From: Clostridia bacterium
GTDB taxonomy: Bacteria > Bacillota > Clostridia > Oscillospirales > CAG-272
DNA length: 61,327 bases
Assembly: GCA_017558715.1 (NCBI GenBank)
Contig: JAFYTT010000299.1
Location: 1-61,327, forward strand
Direction: 5' to 3'
Part shown: positions 6,200 to 15,429 of the stretch, in pieces
Layout: the number at the start of each line of letters is the position of its first letter
Numbering within the stretch: position 1 is the stretch's first letter
Notes under the pieces: model-generated
Seen by the model: the letters and a program-made list of their open reading frames with translations, nothing else
What the model was told of the DNA's origin: nothing
The model's database searches: none
Made by a program: the position numbers and the translations under genes

Positions 6200-6694
6200 A
6201 TGCCTAAACTCGCTACGAAAGCCAGCGACAACGAATTCTACAAAGCACGACTCGCGGCTTCATCGTGCAACGACAGACTGGCAAGCCGAGAAGGAGCATC
6301 CGAAGAGACCGGCATTGACCGCACTCGCCTGGCGAGAATCGAACTCGGAAGCCTGAACCCTTACCCCGAAGAGGTTCTGCTCATGGCGGACACCTACGAC
6401 GCGCCCCAGCTTGCGAACTTCTACTGCTCAAAGATGTGCCCACTCGGAAAGAAGACGGTGCCTCCTGCAGAGATGCGAAACATAGACCGATTGACGATCA
6501 GGATCATCACCGCGCTCGGAGAAGCCAACGAGATCCGCGACTCCATTCTCGAAGTGGTAAAGGACGGAGTGGTAACCGGAGAGGAAGCACCCAGGATCCA
6601 GGCAGTCGTCGCAGCGCTCGACCAGATAGCCATCACAGCGCAGGAGCTGAAGATGTGGGTCGGAAAGAACCTCAAAGAAGGAGGCAGCAAATGA
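6200..6694 (+). CDS. HTH-domain regulatory protein (164 aa)
   Basis: ATG 6200 preceded by aaaggaggcagg. SREGASEETGIDRTRLARIELG is an HTH-like segment. Confidence 0.5.
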   Translation: MPKLATKASDNEFYKARLAASSCNDRLASREGASEETGIDRTRLARIELGSLNPYPEEVLLMADTYDAPQLANFYCSKMCPLGKKTVPPAEMRNIDRLTIRIITALGEANEIRDSILEVVKDGVVTGEEAPRIQAVVAALDQIAITAQELKMWVGKNLKEGGSK

Positions 6695-6876
6695 AGAAAC
6701 CAGAAGAAGACAAAAAATACCTTCGAGTGACCGAGGTCGCCTCCCTCCTCGAAGTGAGCGAGAGCCGCGCCTACAAGATTATGCGCCAGCTCAACAAGGA
6801 GCTCGAAAAACAAGGCAAGATAGTAACAGCCGGAAGAATTTCAAAGCGGTACCTCATGGAGAGGCTCTACTGCTGA
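6691..6876 (+). CDS. Excisionase-family/MerR-like HTH DNA-binding protein (61 aa)
   Basis: KYLRVTEVASLLEVSESRAYKIMRQL is typical of small excisionase-type HTH proteins. RBS gaaggagg. Confidence 0.5.
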   Translation: MKKPEEDKKYLRVTEVASLLEVSESRAYKIMRQLNKELEKQGKIVTAGRISKRYLMERLYC

Positions 6877-6889
6877 AAGGAGAAACGAT

Positions 6890-7510
6890 ATGAAAAGAAA
6901 GATAACCTCCCTGATTATGGGAATAGCAATAGGAATCATCCTCACGGCGCTGATTATGAGCGCAGGAGGAACCGCAGCATCGAACAAAGCAGACCTTCAG
7001 ACCCCGGACGTCGACCTGGTGCTGGCGCCGCAGGACGGCAACGCAGGAACCGGCGACTACGAGATCACCCACCTGGTCTACAAAACCGAAACCGAGCAGC
7101 CATTCTTCACACCGAACGAAGCCGACGTCGAAATGCTCGCCAAGACGATCTGGGGCGAGGCTCGCGGAGTGGAATCCATCACAGAGAAGGCGGCGGTCGC
7201 CTGGTGCATACTTAACCGAGTGGACGCCAAAGGATACGCCTGCGGCGGCGACATCGAATACGTCCTGACCTTCCCCGGACAATTCGTAGGATACGACGAA
7301 GACAACCCGGTAACAACCGAATGCAAGAAAATAGCGGCAGACGTCCTGGCAAGATGGGCAGCCGAAAAGGCAGGCATCGAAGATGTGGGCAGAGTGCTGC
7401 CAAAAGAATACACCTACTTCACCGGCGACGGCGAGCGGAACTATTTCACAGACGAATGGAAGGGCGGCAACACCTGGGACTGGAGCCTTCCTTCACCATA
7501 CGAAAAATGA
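6890..7510 (+). CDS. SleB-like cell wall hydrolase with N-terminal membrane anchor
   Basis: N-terminal TM (ITSLIMGIAIGIILTALIM). LAKTIWGEARGVES...AVAWCILNRV...PGQFVGY matches the Hydrolase_2/SleB signature. Confidence 0.7.
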   Translation: MKRKITSLIMGIAIGIILTALIMSAGGTAASNKADLQTPDVDLVLAPQDGNAGTGDYEITHLVYKTETEQPFFTPNEADVEMLAKTIWGEARGVESITEKAAVAWCILNRVDAKGYACGGDIEYVLTFPGQFVGYDEDNPVTTECKKIAADVLARWAAEKAGIEDVGRVLPKEYTYFTGDGERNYFTDEWKGGNTWDWSLPSPYEK

Positions 7511-7524
7511 GAGGAGGCACAAAA

Positions 7525-7803
7525 ATGAGAGAGGAAGAGATCAGAGATGAAGCCTGCAGCTTCCTCGGAAGAGAAATCACCGACGAAGAGTGGAACGAAG
7601 CATACCCGGCAGCCAAGCGAAAACTTGACTGGATCATCAGTCGGGAAGGCGATGCAGACGGCGAAAGGCTCAAGCCTTACTACCTCGGCAAGCTGGTCGA
7701 GGAACACATCAACCAGAACACATTCAGCCGCTGGTGTAGAGAGATGAGCCAGTTCAACATGGAAAGGAGAAGAACACATGAAACTGTTGCAGCTTACACT
7801 TAA
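7525..7803 (+). CDS. Hypothetical protein (92 aa)
   Basis: ATG 7525 preceded by gaggaggc. In frame with track ORF 7321..7803. Confidence 0.5.
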   Translation: MREEEIRDEACSFLGREITDEEWNEAYPAAKRKLDWIISREGDADGERLKPYYLGKLVEEHINQNTFSRWCREMSQFNMERRRTHETVAAYT

Positions 7804-9775
7804 CAACTTCCAGGGCATCAAGACCCTGACATTCGACTTCGAGGGCGGAAAGAGCGCCAGCATTTACGGCGACAACGCCACCGGAAAGACAACGGTCTAC
7901 AACGCCATCACCTGGCTGCTTTTCGATAAAGCCAGCACGGCCGCGAAGAACTTCACGCCGAAAACCAAAGGACCGGACGGAGACCTTCACAACCTGGAGC
8001 ACAGCTCGGAGGGCGTCTTTGAAATGGACAACGGCAGGATCGTAACCCTGAAGAAGACCTTCAGAGAGGTGTACAAGAAGAAGCGCGGCAGCGCACACGA
8101 AGAATTCGATGGACACACCGTCGAGTATTCGGTGGACGGCGTACCGGTCAAAGAGAAGGAATTCACCGCAACCGTCCTCGGCTTTTGCGGAGGCGATCAG
8201 GAAAAGCCGAAGATGCTCACGATGCCCGACTACTTCCCGGAACAGCTCGCATGGGATACCCGCCGCAAGATCCTCCTGGAGATTTGCGGAGACATCATCG
8301 ACGACGAAATCATCGCCGGCAACAAGGAGCTGAAAGAACTCCCCGACTTCCTCCGAATGCCCGGCACCGCAGAACAGTACCACACCCCCGAAGAATACCG
8401 CAAGGTAGCCTCCGCAAAGAAGGCGGACATCAACAAACAGCTCGAAGGCATTCCCGCCAGAATCGACGAAGCCGAGAGAGCGATCCCGGACACCGCAGGA
8501 CTTGACGCCGAGGAAATCGACCGCAACATCGCGGCGCTTTCAAAGAAACTCGACGACCTGGCGATCGAGAAGGCGAACGCAGCCACCGGCGGTACCGCCA
8601 CGGCGGAACTTCAGAAGAAGGTCGCAGAGCTCAAGACTGAAATCGCGGAAGGCAGAGCCGCCCACACCAAGCGCCAGAACGAAATGACGGCAGACATCGA
8701 CGCCGACATCCTTCTCGCCAAGAGAGAGGCATCGGAAGCCAGACGCACGGTCGAGGACATCGAGGAAGATATCCGAAGAGCCGAAGCGCAGCTCAAGCGC
8801 CTGCGCGACCTCCGCACACAGCTGCTCGCAGACTACGACCGCATCAGCAAGGAAACGTGGGACGAAAGCCAGTCGGTATGCCCGACCTGCCACCAGAGCC
8901 TCCCTGCAGATCAGATCGAGAAGATGCGCGAGGAATTCAACCTCCGCAAGAGCAAAAAACTGGAGGACATCAACCAGCGCGGAAAGACCGAGGCAAGCAA
9001 GACGGCGATCGCCGAGCTTGAAACCAAAATCGCAACCCTTACCGCCTCCCTGGAGGAAGCCAAGCAGAAGAAGGCAGACGCCGAAGCGAAGGTCGCAGAC
9101 CTGGAAGCCAAGCGCCCTGCGCCTACGGTTTACGAGACAACCGCTCAATACCTCGCCCTGACCGCCCAGATTGCCGAAATTGAGGAGAAAATCGCTGACG
9201 AAGGAAAATGCACGACCGAAGCGGTAAGCGCCGTAGAAGCCAAAATTCGCGCCACAAAGGACGCCATCCGCGAGGAGCAGGATAAACAGATGCAGCTGAC
9301 GACGGCAGAAAACCAGCGCCGCCGCATTGCCGAACTGGAACGCCAGGAAGAACGCCTCTCCGGAGAGTACGAGGAAATCGAAAAAGGTCTCTACCTTTGC
9401 GACCTTTTCACAAAGGCAAAGGTAGCCGCCCTCACCGACAGAATCAACGGCAAATTCCAGAGCGTCCGCTTCCGCCTCTTCCAGGAGCAGCTGAACGGCG
9501 GACTCAAAGAAGACTGCGAGGTAATGATACCGGCGGCCGACGGCAGAATGGTACCGTATACCTTCGCCAACAACGCGGCGAGAATCAACGCAGGACTGGA
9601 GATCATCGGAACCCTTTCGGAGCACTGGGGACTCAAGATGCCGGTCTTCATTGACAACGCCGAGAGCGTGACACACCTCACGCAGACCAGCACACAAACA
9701 ATCCGCCTGGTGGTAAGCGAGGCAGACAAGAAGCTCCGCATGGAGGTGGAGCACGGTGCTGATATTCCCGATTAA
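7778..9775 (+). CDS. Rad50/SbcC-like AAA ATPase with coiled coil and CxxC zinc hook
   Basis: N-terminal Walker A (GDNATGKTT), a long Glu/Lys/Ala-rich coiled coil with a central CPTCHQ, and a C-terminal FIDNAES signature. Confidence 0.8.
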   Translation: MKLLQLTLNNFQGIKTLTFDFEGGKSASIYGDNATGKTTVYNAITWLLFDKASTAAKNFTPKTKGPDGDLHNLEHSSEGVFEMDNGRIVTLKKTFREVYKKKRGSAHEEFDGHTVEYSVDGVPVKEKEFTATVLGFCGGDQEKPKMLTMPDYFPEQLAWDTRRKILLEICGDIIDDEIIAGNKELKELPDFLRMPGTAEQYHTPEEYRKVASAKKADINKQLEGIPARIDEAERAIPDTAGLDAEEIDRNIAALSKKLDDLAIEKANAATGGTATAELQKKVAELKTEIAEGRAAHTKRQNEMTADIDADILLAKREASEARRTVEDIEEDIRRAEAQLKRLRDLRTQLLADYDRISKETWDESQSVCPTCHQSLPADQIEKMREEFNLRKSKKLEDINQRGKTEASKTAIAELETKIATLTASLEEAKQKKADAEAKVADLEAKRPAPTVYETTAQYLALTAQIAEIEEKIADEGKCTTEAVSAVEAKIRATKDAIREEQDKQMQLTTAENQRRRIAELERQEERLSGEYEEIEKGLYLCDLFTKAKVAALTDRINGKFQSVRFRLFQEQLNGGLKEDCEVMIPAADGRMVPYTFANNAARINAGLEIIGTLSEHWGLKMPVFIDNAESVTHLTQTSTQTIRLVVSEADKKLRMEVEHGADIPD

Positions 9776-10214
9776 GAAGACCTGGTTCGACATGATCGAC
9801 AAGGGCATCAAGAAGGAGGAGTACCGAGGAGACACACCATACTACCGGGCGAGGCTTGAGCCTTTCCTGGGGCAGGAGATAGAATGCAACCTCCGAAACG
9901 GATACTCCTCGGCTTCACCCACCCTCAAAATCAGAGCCAGGATAGAAAAAGGAACCGGCAACCCAGACTGGGGCGCTGAACCCGGCGAGGTTTACTACAA
10001 GCTGGTGATCCTCGACAAAGAGCGCATCGAGCCGGAGACCTTCATAATCAAAGCCAGACGCTGCAAACGATGCGGCGGACTGCTCACCAGCAAGCAGGCA
10101 GTCGAGGACGGATACGGCCACGTCTGCAAGATGAAAACCAAAGCGGAAATCGAAGCCGCGACACCAGACCCTAATCAACTAACGCTCTTCGATACCTTCG
10201 AGAGCGAAGAATAA
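9756..10214 (+). CDS. ASCH-like domain protein with C-terminal CxxC...C motif
   Basis: GTG start preceded by ggaggtgga. IFPIKKTWFDMIDKGIKKEEYR resembles an ASCH N-terminus. C-terminal RCKRCGGLLTSKQAVEDGYGHVC. Confidence 0.45.
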   Translation: MLIFPIKKTWFDMIDKGIKKEEYRGDTPYYRARLEPFLGQEIECNLRNGYSSASPTLKIRARIEKGTGNPDWGAEPGEVYYKLVILDKERIEPETFIIKARRCKRCGGLLTSKQAVEDGYGHVCKMKTKAEIEAATPDPNQLTLFDTFESEE

Positions 10215-10237
10215 AAAACAAATTGGAGGATTTAACT

Positions 10238-11305
10238 ATGGCAGCAACAACAAAGAAAAACGAACTCACCCCGACCCAGGGAGCCGAACTGGCGCCCCAG
10301 AAAGCAGAACAGCTCGCGACCAGCGAGAAATTCACAAACAAGGTCCTGATGGAATTCGGAGGCAGCGTCGCCGGAGCGATGCAGGTGACCGACTACCAGA
10401 GGACGCTCATCCAGGGATACTTCATCGTAATCGACCGCGCCCTCAAGGCAGCCGAGGAAGAACGTATCCGCAAGAATGAGAACAACAAGAACCACGACTA
10501 CGACAACAACCTCCCGATCAACTGGAACACGGTCAATCTGAACGACCTCGCCCTCGACCTGGTACACTACGCGAGAATGGGACTGGACATGACGCAGGAC
10601 AATATGCTCTTCCCGATCCCTTACAAAAACAACAAGCGCAACATTTACGACGTCACCCTCATGGAAGGCTACAACGGCATCCGATACATCGCAGAGAAAT
10701 ACGCGGTCGAGGTTCCGACAGCGGTCACCATTGAGGTAGTATACAGCACCGATAACTTCCGCCCCATCAAGAAGGGCAAAGACAACCGCGTAGAAAACTA
10801 CGAATTTGAGATCACGAACGCCTTCGACAGAGGCACGATCGTCGGCGGCTTCGCTTACCTGGAATTTGCAGACCCCACCAAGAACGAGCTCATCATCATG
10901 TCGATGAAGGACATCGAGAAGCGCAAGCCGAAATACGCCAGCGCGAACTTCTGGGGCGGCAAGCAGAAGGTATGGGAAAACGGCAAGCAGGTCGAAGTCG
11001 AGACCGAAGGCTGGCTCGACGAAATGGTTCGCAAGACCATCATCCGCGAAGCCTTCAGCGCAAAGCACCTGCCGAGAGACCCCAAGAAGGTGGACGACAG
11101 CTACCAGTACATGAAGATGCGCGAGGCGAGATACGCCGAGATCGAAGCGCAGGCAGAAATTGCAGCCAACGCCAACGCGACACTCATCGACACCTCACCG
11201 GTGGTCGCAGAGCTTCCTGCAGGCACAAAGGTCGACACAGAATCAGGAGAAGTTATCGACGCCGGATCGGCAGCACCGGCAGACGGAAGCGGCCCTGACT
11301 TTTGA
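10238..11305 (+). CDS. recT: RecT-family single-strand annealing protein
   Basis: ATG 10238 preceded by ggagga. Overall RecT-like pattern (LIQGYF, MEGYNGIRYIAEKY, IMSMKDIEKRK). Located in the recombination module. Confidence 0.8.
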   Translation: MAATTKKNELTPTQGAELAPQKAEQLATSEKFTNKVLMEFGGSVAGAMQVTDYQRTLIQGYFIVIDRALKAAEEERIRKNENNKNHDYDNNLPINWNTVNLNDLALDLVHYARMGLDMTQDNMLFPIPYKNNKRNIYDVTLMEGYNGIRYIAEKYAVEVPTAVTIEVVYSTDNFRPIKKGKDNRVENYEFEITNAFDRGTIVGGFAYLEFADPTKNELIIMSMKDIEKRKPKYASANFWGGKQKVWENGKQVEVETEGWLDEMVRKTIIREAFSAKHLPRDPKKVDDSYQYMKMREARYAEIEAQAEIAANANATLIDTSPVVAELPAGTKVDTESGEVIDAGSAAPADGSGPDF

Positions 11306-12006
11306 TGGAGATAACGGTCATCGCGTCCGGCAGCACCGGCAACGCCTATCGAATCAGCGATGGGCAGACCGCCGTCCTGCTGGACGCGGGAATCCCGCTC
11401 AAGGTTATTCAGAGAGCGCTCAACTTCCGGGTGCGTGACCTTTCAGGCTGCCTGATTACACACGCCCACGGAGACCACGTAAAAGCCGCAGGAGACCTCG
11501 CAAAGGCAGGGGTAAACATTTACACCAGTCAGGGCACGATCGGCGCCTGCAGGCTTTCAGGGCACCGGATAAAGGCGGTCAGAGCGCTCGAAGAATTCCA
11601 GGTCGGCACGTTCGCGGTGCTACCATTCGACGTACAGCACGACGCACCGGACCCCCTGGGATTTCTGATAACCTCAAGAACAACCGGCGAAAAGCTCCTA
11701 TACTTCACCGACACCTACTACATCAAGTACCGCTTCGAAGGACTGACCCACATCATGGGCGAGTGCAACTACTCAATGGACATCATCGAGCAGAGCGTCC
11801 GGAACGGATACATACCACCGGAACTCGTACCCAGACTGGTCAAGAGCCACATGAGCCTGGAGCATTTCACCGACCTACTAAAAGCAAACGACCTACGACA
11901 CGTCAAGCAAATATACCTGCTGCATTTGAGCAACAACAACAGCGACGCCGACCGCTTCAAAGAGGCGGTGCAGAAGCTGACCGGAACGGAGGTATATGTA
12001 TGCTGA
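11305..12006 (+). CDS. Metallo-beta-lactamase fold hydrolase (probable recombination nuclease)
   Basis: ITHAHGDH zinc-binding motif. TGATG overlap with recT. Confidence 0.8.
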   Translation: MEITVIASGSTGNAYRISDGQTAVLLDAGIPLKVIQRALNFRVRDLSGCLITHAHGDHVKAAGDLAKAGVNIYTSQGTIGACRLSGHRIKAVRALEEFQVGTFAVLPFDVQHDAPDPLGFLITSRTTGEKLLYFTDTYYIKYRFEGLTHIMGECNYSMDIIEQSVRNGYIPPELVPRLVKSHMSLEHFTDLLKANDLRHVKQIYLLHLSNNNSDADRFKEAVQKLTGTEVYVC

Positions 12007-12024
12007 AGAAAGGAGGAAGCGAAA

Positions 12025-12828
12025 ATGGCAAGAACCAGAAACATCAAGCCTGCCTTTTTTGACAACGACGTCCTCGGCGACCTCGAACCCCTGACCAGGC
12101 TTCTGTTCATCGGCCTCTGGTGCATCGCCGACCGAGAAGGAAGACTGGAAGACCGGCCGCGAAAAATCAAAAAGGCGCTGCTCGGATACGACGACGTCAC
12201 CGTGGAGGAAGCGAGCGGAATGCTTCAGCAGCTCGCAGACAGCGGCTTCATCATCCGATACCAGGCAAACGATGAAGACTACATTCAGATCGTCAACTTT
12301 ACCAAGCACCAAAACCCCCACATGAAGGAAAAAGAGAGCGAGATCCCGCCGCCCCCTGGTTTTGAGGCAGTAACACCGACAAGGCACCGTGCAAGCACCA
12401 GACAAGCACCGTGCAAAAATGAGGAAAACGACGACGAAACGCCCGACGGCGAAGAGCCGGCCGCAGAAGAAACGGCACCGAGCCTTCAGGAAAAGAGGTT
12501 CGCAGAATTCTGGGCGGCCTACCCGCTGAAGAAGGCAAAGCAGACTGCGTGGAAAGCGTGGTCAAAAATCAAACCGACGGCCGAGCTCTTCGAGAGAATC
12601 ATGGCGGCGATCGACACATCGAAGCGCAGCGAAGAATGGACGAAAGAGAACGGCAGATTTATACCGCACCCGGCGACATGGCTCAACGGCGGCCGCTGGG
12701 ATGACGAAATGAGGGAGGTGACACCTGGTGGAGGCAATGAACAACCTACTGGCAGCGGCAATGTCCGCTCCACTTTCAAGAGCCGAGAAGGCGGCAATGG
12801 AACCCCCGCAGGCTTCAAGTCAGAATGA
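12025..12828 (+). CDS. Replisome organizer / DnaD-like replication initiator
   Basis: N-terminal RNIKPAFFDNDVLGDL...LFIGLWCIADREGRLEDRP and C-terminal FAEFWAAYPLKKAKQTAWKAW...PATWLNGGRWDDE resemble phage replisome-organizer/DnaD-type proteins. Followed by a DnaC-like loader. Confidence 0.6.
   Translation: MARTRNIKPAFFDNDVLGDLEPLTRLLFIGLWCIADREGRLEDRPRKIKKALLGYDDVTVEEASGMLQQLADSGFIIRYQANDEDYIQIVNFTKHQNPHMKEKESEIPPPPGFEAVTPTRHRASTRQAPCKNEENDDETPDGEEPAAEETAPSLQEKRFAEFWAAYPLKKAKQTAWKAWSKIKPTAELFERIMAAIDTSKRSEEWTKENGRFIPHPATWLNGGRWDDEMREVTPGGGNEQPTGSGNVRSTFKSREGGNGTPAGFKSE
12379..12414. repeat. Iteron cluster ACAAGGCACCGTGC-AAGCACC-AG-ACAAGCACCGTGC inside the organizer gene (candidate ori)
   Basis: Two full and one partial copy of the ACAAGCACSGTGC box in the inter-domain linker coding region, followed by an A-rich stretch. 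Confidence 0.4.
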
Positions 12829-13774
12829 CGACGTAGAACCTGAAGAAAAGAACTACCAGATCCGCAGCGACGTGGCGATAGCTGAAGGCTGGACTATGCG
12901 AAAGGAACCACCGGAGCCGAAACAATGCCAATTTTGCGGCAACACCCTCTACTACTTCGGAATGAAGGACTTCATGGGAAGGCGCGAGGTCTTCCTCTGG
13001 TTCGAGGAACCGGAACGCTGCACTTGCGAAGAAGCACAGAAATACTGGCAAGAGCAGGCTCGCCTCAAGGCGGAAGCCGAAGCAGCAAAGAAACGCCAGG
13101 AGGAAGCGGATAGGATACAGCGCCGCATCGCAAAGCTGATAAAAGACAGCGGGATGCGCGGCCGCTTCACAAACCGAACCTTCGACAAATTCGAGGTCAA
13201 CGACATCAACCGGAAAGCATACGAGAAGTGCAAACGGTACGCCGACAGTTTCCCGATTATGCTCCCGACCAAAGATGATCGCGGAAACGTGACCCCTCCG
13301 AAGAAGGAGCGCAACGGTTTATTTATAACCGGCAGCTTCGGAACCGGAAAGACACACCTCGCCTCGGCCATAGCGAACCAGCTCATGCAGGGCGGCACCC
13401 CGGTCATTTGCATGACGATGATAGACCTCCTGGCGAAGATCAAGAACAGTTTCGACACCGAGGAGCAGGCCACGGAGGCCGAGATCATGAAGCTGTACGA
13501 AGAGATCCCGCTTCTGATAATCGACGACATCGGAAGCGAGCAACCCACCGAGTGGGGATCCACCAGAATCTACGCAATAATCAACGCACGGTACGAGGCT
13601 TATATGCCGACGATCGTGACAACCAACTACACCGGCGACGAACTGATCCGCAGAATGACACCTACATACGGCGGCAAGCTCGGAGACACCAGGAACGCCG
13701 AAAAAACCCTCGACCGCCTGCGCGAGATGTGCGCCGGGATGGAAATGTACTGGGAAAGCTGGAGGTCGAAGTGA
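12737..13774 (+). CDS. DnaC/IstB-like AAA+ helicase loader
   Basis: Walker A GSFGTGKTHLA and Walker B LLIIDDIG. The start is uncertain: candidates are 12728 GTG, 12737, 12797 and 12896 ATG. Confidence 0.75.
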   Translation: MNNLLAAAMSAPLSRAEKAAMEPPQASSQNDDVEPEEKNYQIRSDVAIAEGWTMRKEPPEPKQCQFCGNTLYYFGMKDFMGRREVFLWFEEPERCTCEEAQKYWQEQARLKAEAEAAKKRQEEADRIQRRIAKLIKDSGMRGRFTNRTFDKFEVNDINRKAYEKCKRYADSFPIMLPTKDDRGNVTPPKKERNGLFITGSFGTGKTHLASAIANQLMQGGTPVICMTMIDLLAKIKNSFDTEEQATEAEIMKLYEEIPLLIIDDIGSEQPTEWGSTRIYAIINARYEAYMPTIVTTNYTGDELIRRMTPTYGGKLGDTRNAEKTLDRLREMCAGMEMYWESWRSK

Positions 13775-14772
13775 TGGGATCGGGTACAAACTGGACACGG
13801 CAAGAGCTGGACTACCTCGAAAACAGCTGGGGACAGACATCGATCCCCTCGATAGCAAAACACCTGGGCAGAAGCGTGAACGCCATCAAGCTCAAGGCAG
13901 GGCGCATAGGACTGGGACGCCACATCCACAGCGGCGTCAGAATTACCCTCCTGCAGTTTTGCGATGCGATCGGCAAGAGGAACAGCTACGGCTGGATAAA
14001 GGACCGCTGGGTACGCCTCGGACTTCCGGTGCATTATCAGAAGAGCGTGACGAAGCGCTTCGCGATGATAGACATCGACGAATTCTGGGTATGGGCAGAA
14101 CAGCACAAAGACCTGATCGACTTTGACGCTTTCGTCGAGGGAACCTTCGGAGAAGAGCCGGAATGGGTGAAGGAAGCACGACACGCCTCCTGGCTCGCCA
14201 AAATGAAGAAGACACCCTGGACACCGGCGGAAGATAAAACCCTCGCCGACCTTCTGAAGAGATACCAATACACCTACAACGACCTCTGCACGTTGCTGAA
14301 CCGCACCGAAGGAGCCATCAAGAGAAGAATCATCACCCTGGGACTTATAGAAAGGCCGGTGCGAAACTACGACCGGCAATGGCAAGACGACGAAATCGAG
14401 ACCCTTCTCACGATGAGAGCCGCCGGGCATTGCTGGGAGGAGATAGGCAGAGCGCTGAAGCGTTCAGGAAGCGCAGTACGCGGAAAGTACGAACGCCTTC
14501 AGAACCCCGAATACTGCAAGCGCTACTACCGCAGGCAACGAGAAGCGCTTCAAGAGTATTTTCAAAAAGACCAATGCATCCACTACATCAAAACCGAAGG
14601 GTGCGAGCTTTGCAAAACCGACTGCGACAGCTGCACTCATTTCATAAGACGCCGACCCGGAGAGGCGGCGAGAACCGGCTGGACTTCCATCAGGGACATC
14701 ACGCCGGAGCAAATGCTTATAAACCGACAAGGAGGACAAAACAATGGCAAAGAAGAACTGCCGCATGACTGA
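13774..14772 (+). CDS. DNA-binding protein with three Myb/SANT-like repeats and a C-terminal Cys cluster
   Basis: Three W-x(2)-E/D...L repeats (WTRQELDYLENSW, WTPAEDKTLADLL, WQDDEIETLL...W). GTGATG coupling with the upstream gene. Confidence 0.45.
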   Translation: MGSGTNWTRQELDYLENSWGQTSIPSIAKHLGRSVNAIKLKAGRIGLGRHIHSGVRITLLQFCDAIGKRNSYGWIKDRWVRLGLPVHYQKSVTKRFAMIDIDEFWVWAEQHKDLIDFDAFVEGTFGEEPEWVKEARHASWLAKMKKTPWTPAEDKTLADLLKRYQYTYNDLCTLLNRTEGAIKRRIITLGLIERPVRNYDRQWQDDEIETLLTMRAAGHCWEEIGRALKRSGSAVRGKYERLQNPEYCKRYYRRQREALQEYFQKDQCIHYIKTEGCELCKTDCDSCTHFIRRRPGEAARTGWTSIRDITPEQMLINRQGGQNNGKEELPHD

Positions 14773-15061
14773 CGAAGAGAGAGCCATGCACGACCGCGCG
14801 GTCAGAATTCGCAAAATGACCGACCAGCAGATCTGCGAATTCGTAGACCGGCAGCACAGCGTCGGAATCGACGAAGGCATCAGACTGGCGCAGGAGAGCG
14901 CCGAGAAGACCAGAGACGACGCCGCGCTCATCAATAAATTCATCGACTACCTCGAAAACAAAAAGGGATCCGGCAACGGCATCGGCGGCGGTACCGTCTA
15001 CCGTCTCCGCAAGGAGGTAGCAAACGCCGTAGCGGACGGAATCATCGGAGGCACAGCATGA
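14744..15061 (+). CDS. Hypothetical protein (105 aa)
   Basis: Track ORF with RBS aaggagga upstream. Confidence 0.5.
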   Translation: MAKKNCRMTDEERAMHDRAVRIRKMTDQQICEFVDRQHSVGIDEGIRLAQESAEKTRDDAALINKFIDYLENKKGSGNGIGGGTVYRLRKEVANAVADGIIGGTA

Positions 15062-15429
15062 GCGTCCGAATATACGTAAAAGACAACACAGACGGCAAGG
15101 TTCACGAATACGGTACCAACCCGCACGACTCCCTGGTGCTGCAGGAGGACGGAAGCCTCCACTACGAGAACCTCCAGAACTGCACCGGCACCAAATACCC
15201 AGAGGAAGGATACTCCTTCTGCACGGTAAGCGGAAAGCCTCCGGAGGACACCGACGGAGAGCGCATCGTTGACATCGGAGGAGACCGCACCGGCGTGAAC
15301 TGCAACAGATGCAAATACCGCAAGCGCCCCCAGAAGTGCAGCTGCTGCCGAAGAAACCCAAACCTGAAGGACAACTTCGCACTTGATCCCAAAGCCATCG
15401 ACGCCGCCAGGAAGGCGGTGCTGAAATGA
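15058..15429 (+). CDS. Hypothetical protein with C-terminal Cys-rich basic tail
   Basis: ATGA coupling. NCNRCKYRKRPQKCSCC motif. Confidence 0.5.
   Translation: MSVRIYVKDNTDGKVHEYGTNPHDSLVLQEDGSLHYENLQNCTGTKYPEEGYSFCTVSGKPPEDTDGERIVDIGGDRTGVNCNRCKYRKRPQKCSCCRRNPNLKDNFALDPKAIDAARKAVLK

Noticed and set aside
8540-9835. Long minus-strand ORFs overlapping + strand genes: 8540..9835 (431 aa), 17031..18227, 28693..30105 (470 aa), 34375..35652, 49548..50534, 52869..53741, 56838..57926 and 58870..59994.
   Set aside because: They lie antisense to genes with clear family signatures (Rad50-like ATPase, MetK, scaffold, sheath, tail fibre, RT, endolysin). They have no RBS and show the Arg/Ala/Gly/Val-rich composition typical of shadow ORFs in GC-rich DNA.
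12728-12828. About 100-nt overlap between the DnaD-like gene tail and the DnaC-like ORF start given by the track.
   Set aside because: Both frames are open and the true DnaC-like start may be 12737, 12797 or 12896. I treat this as start-site uncertainty rather than a functional overlap or frameshift.
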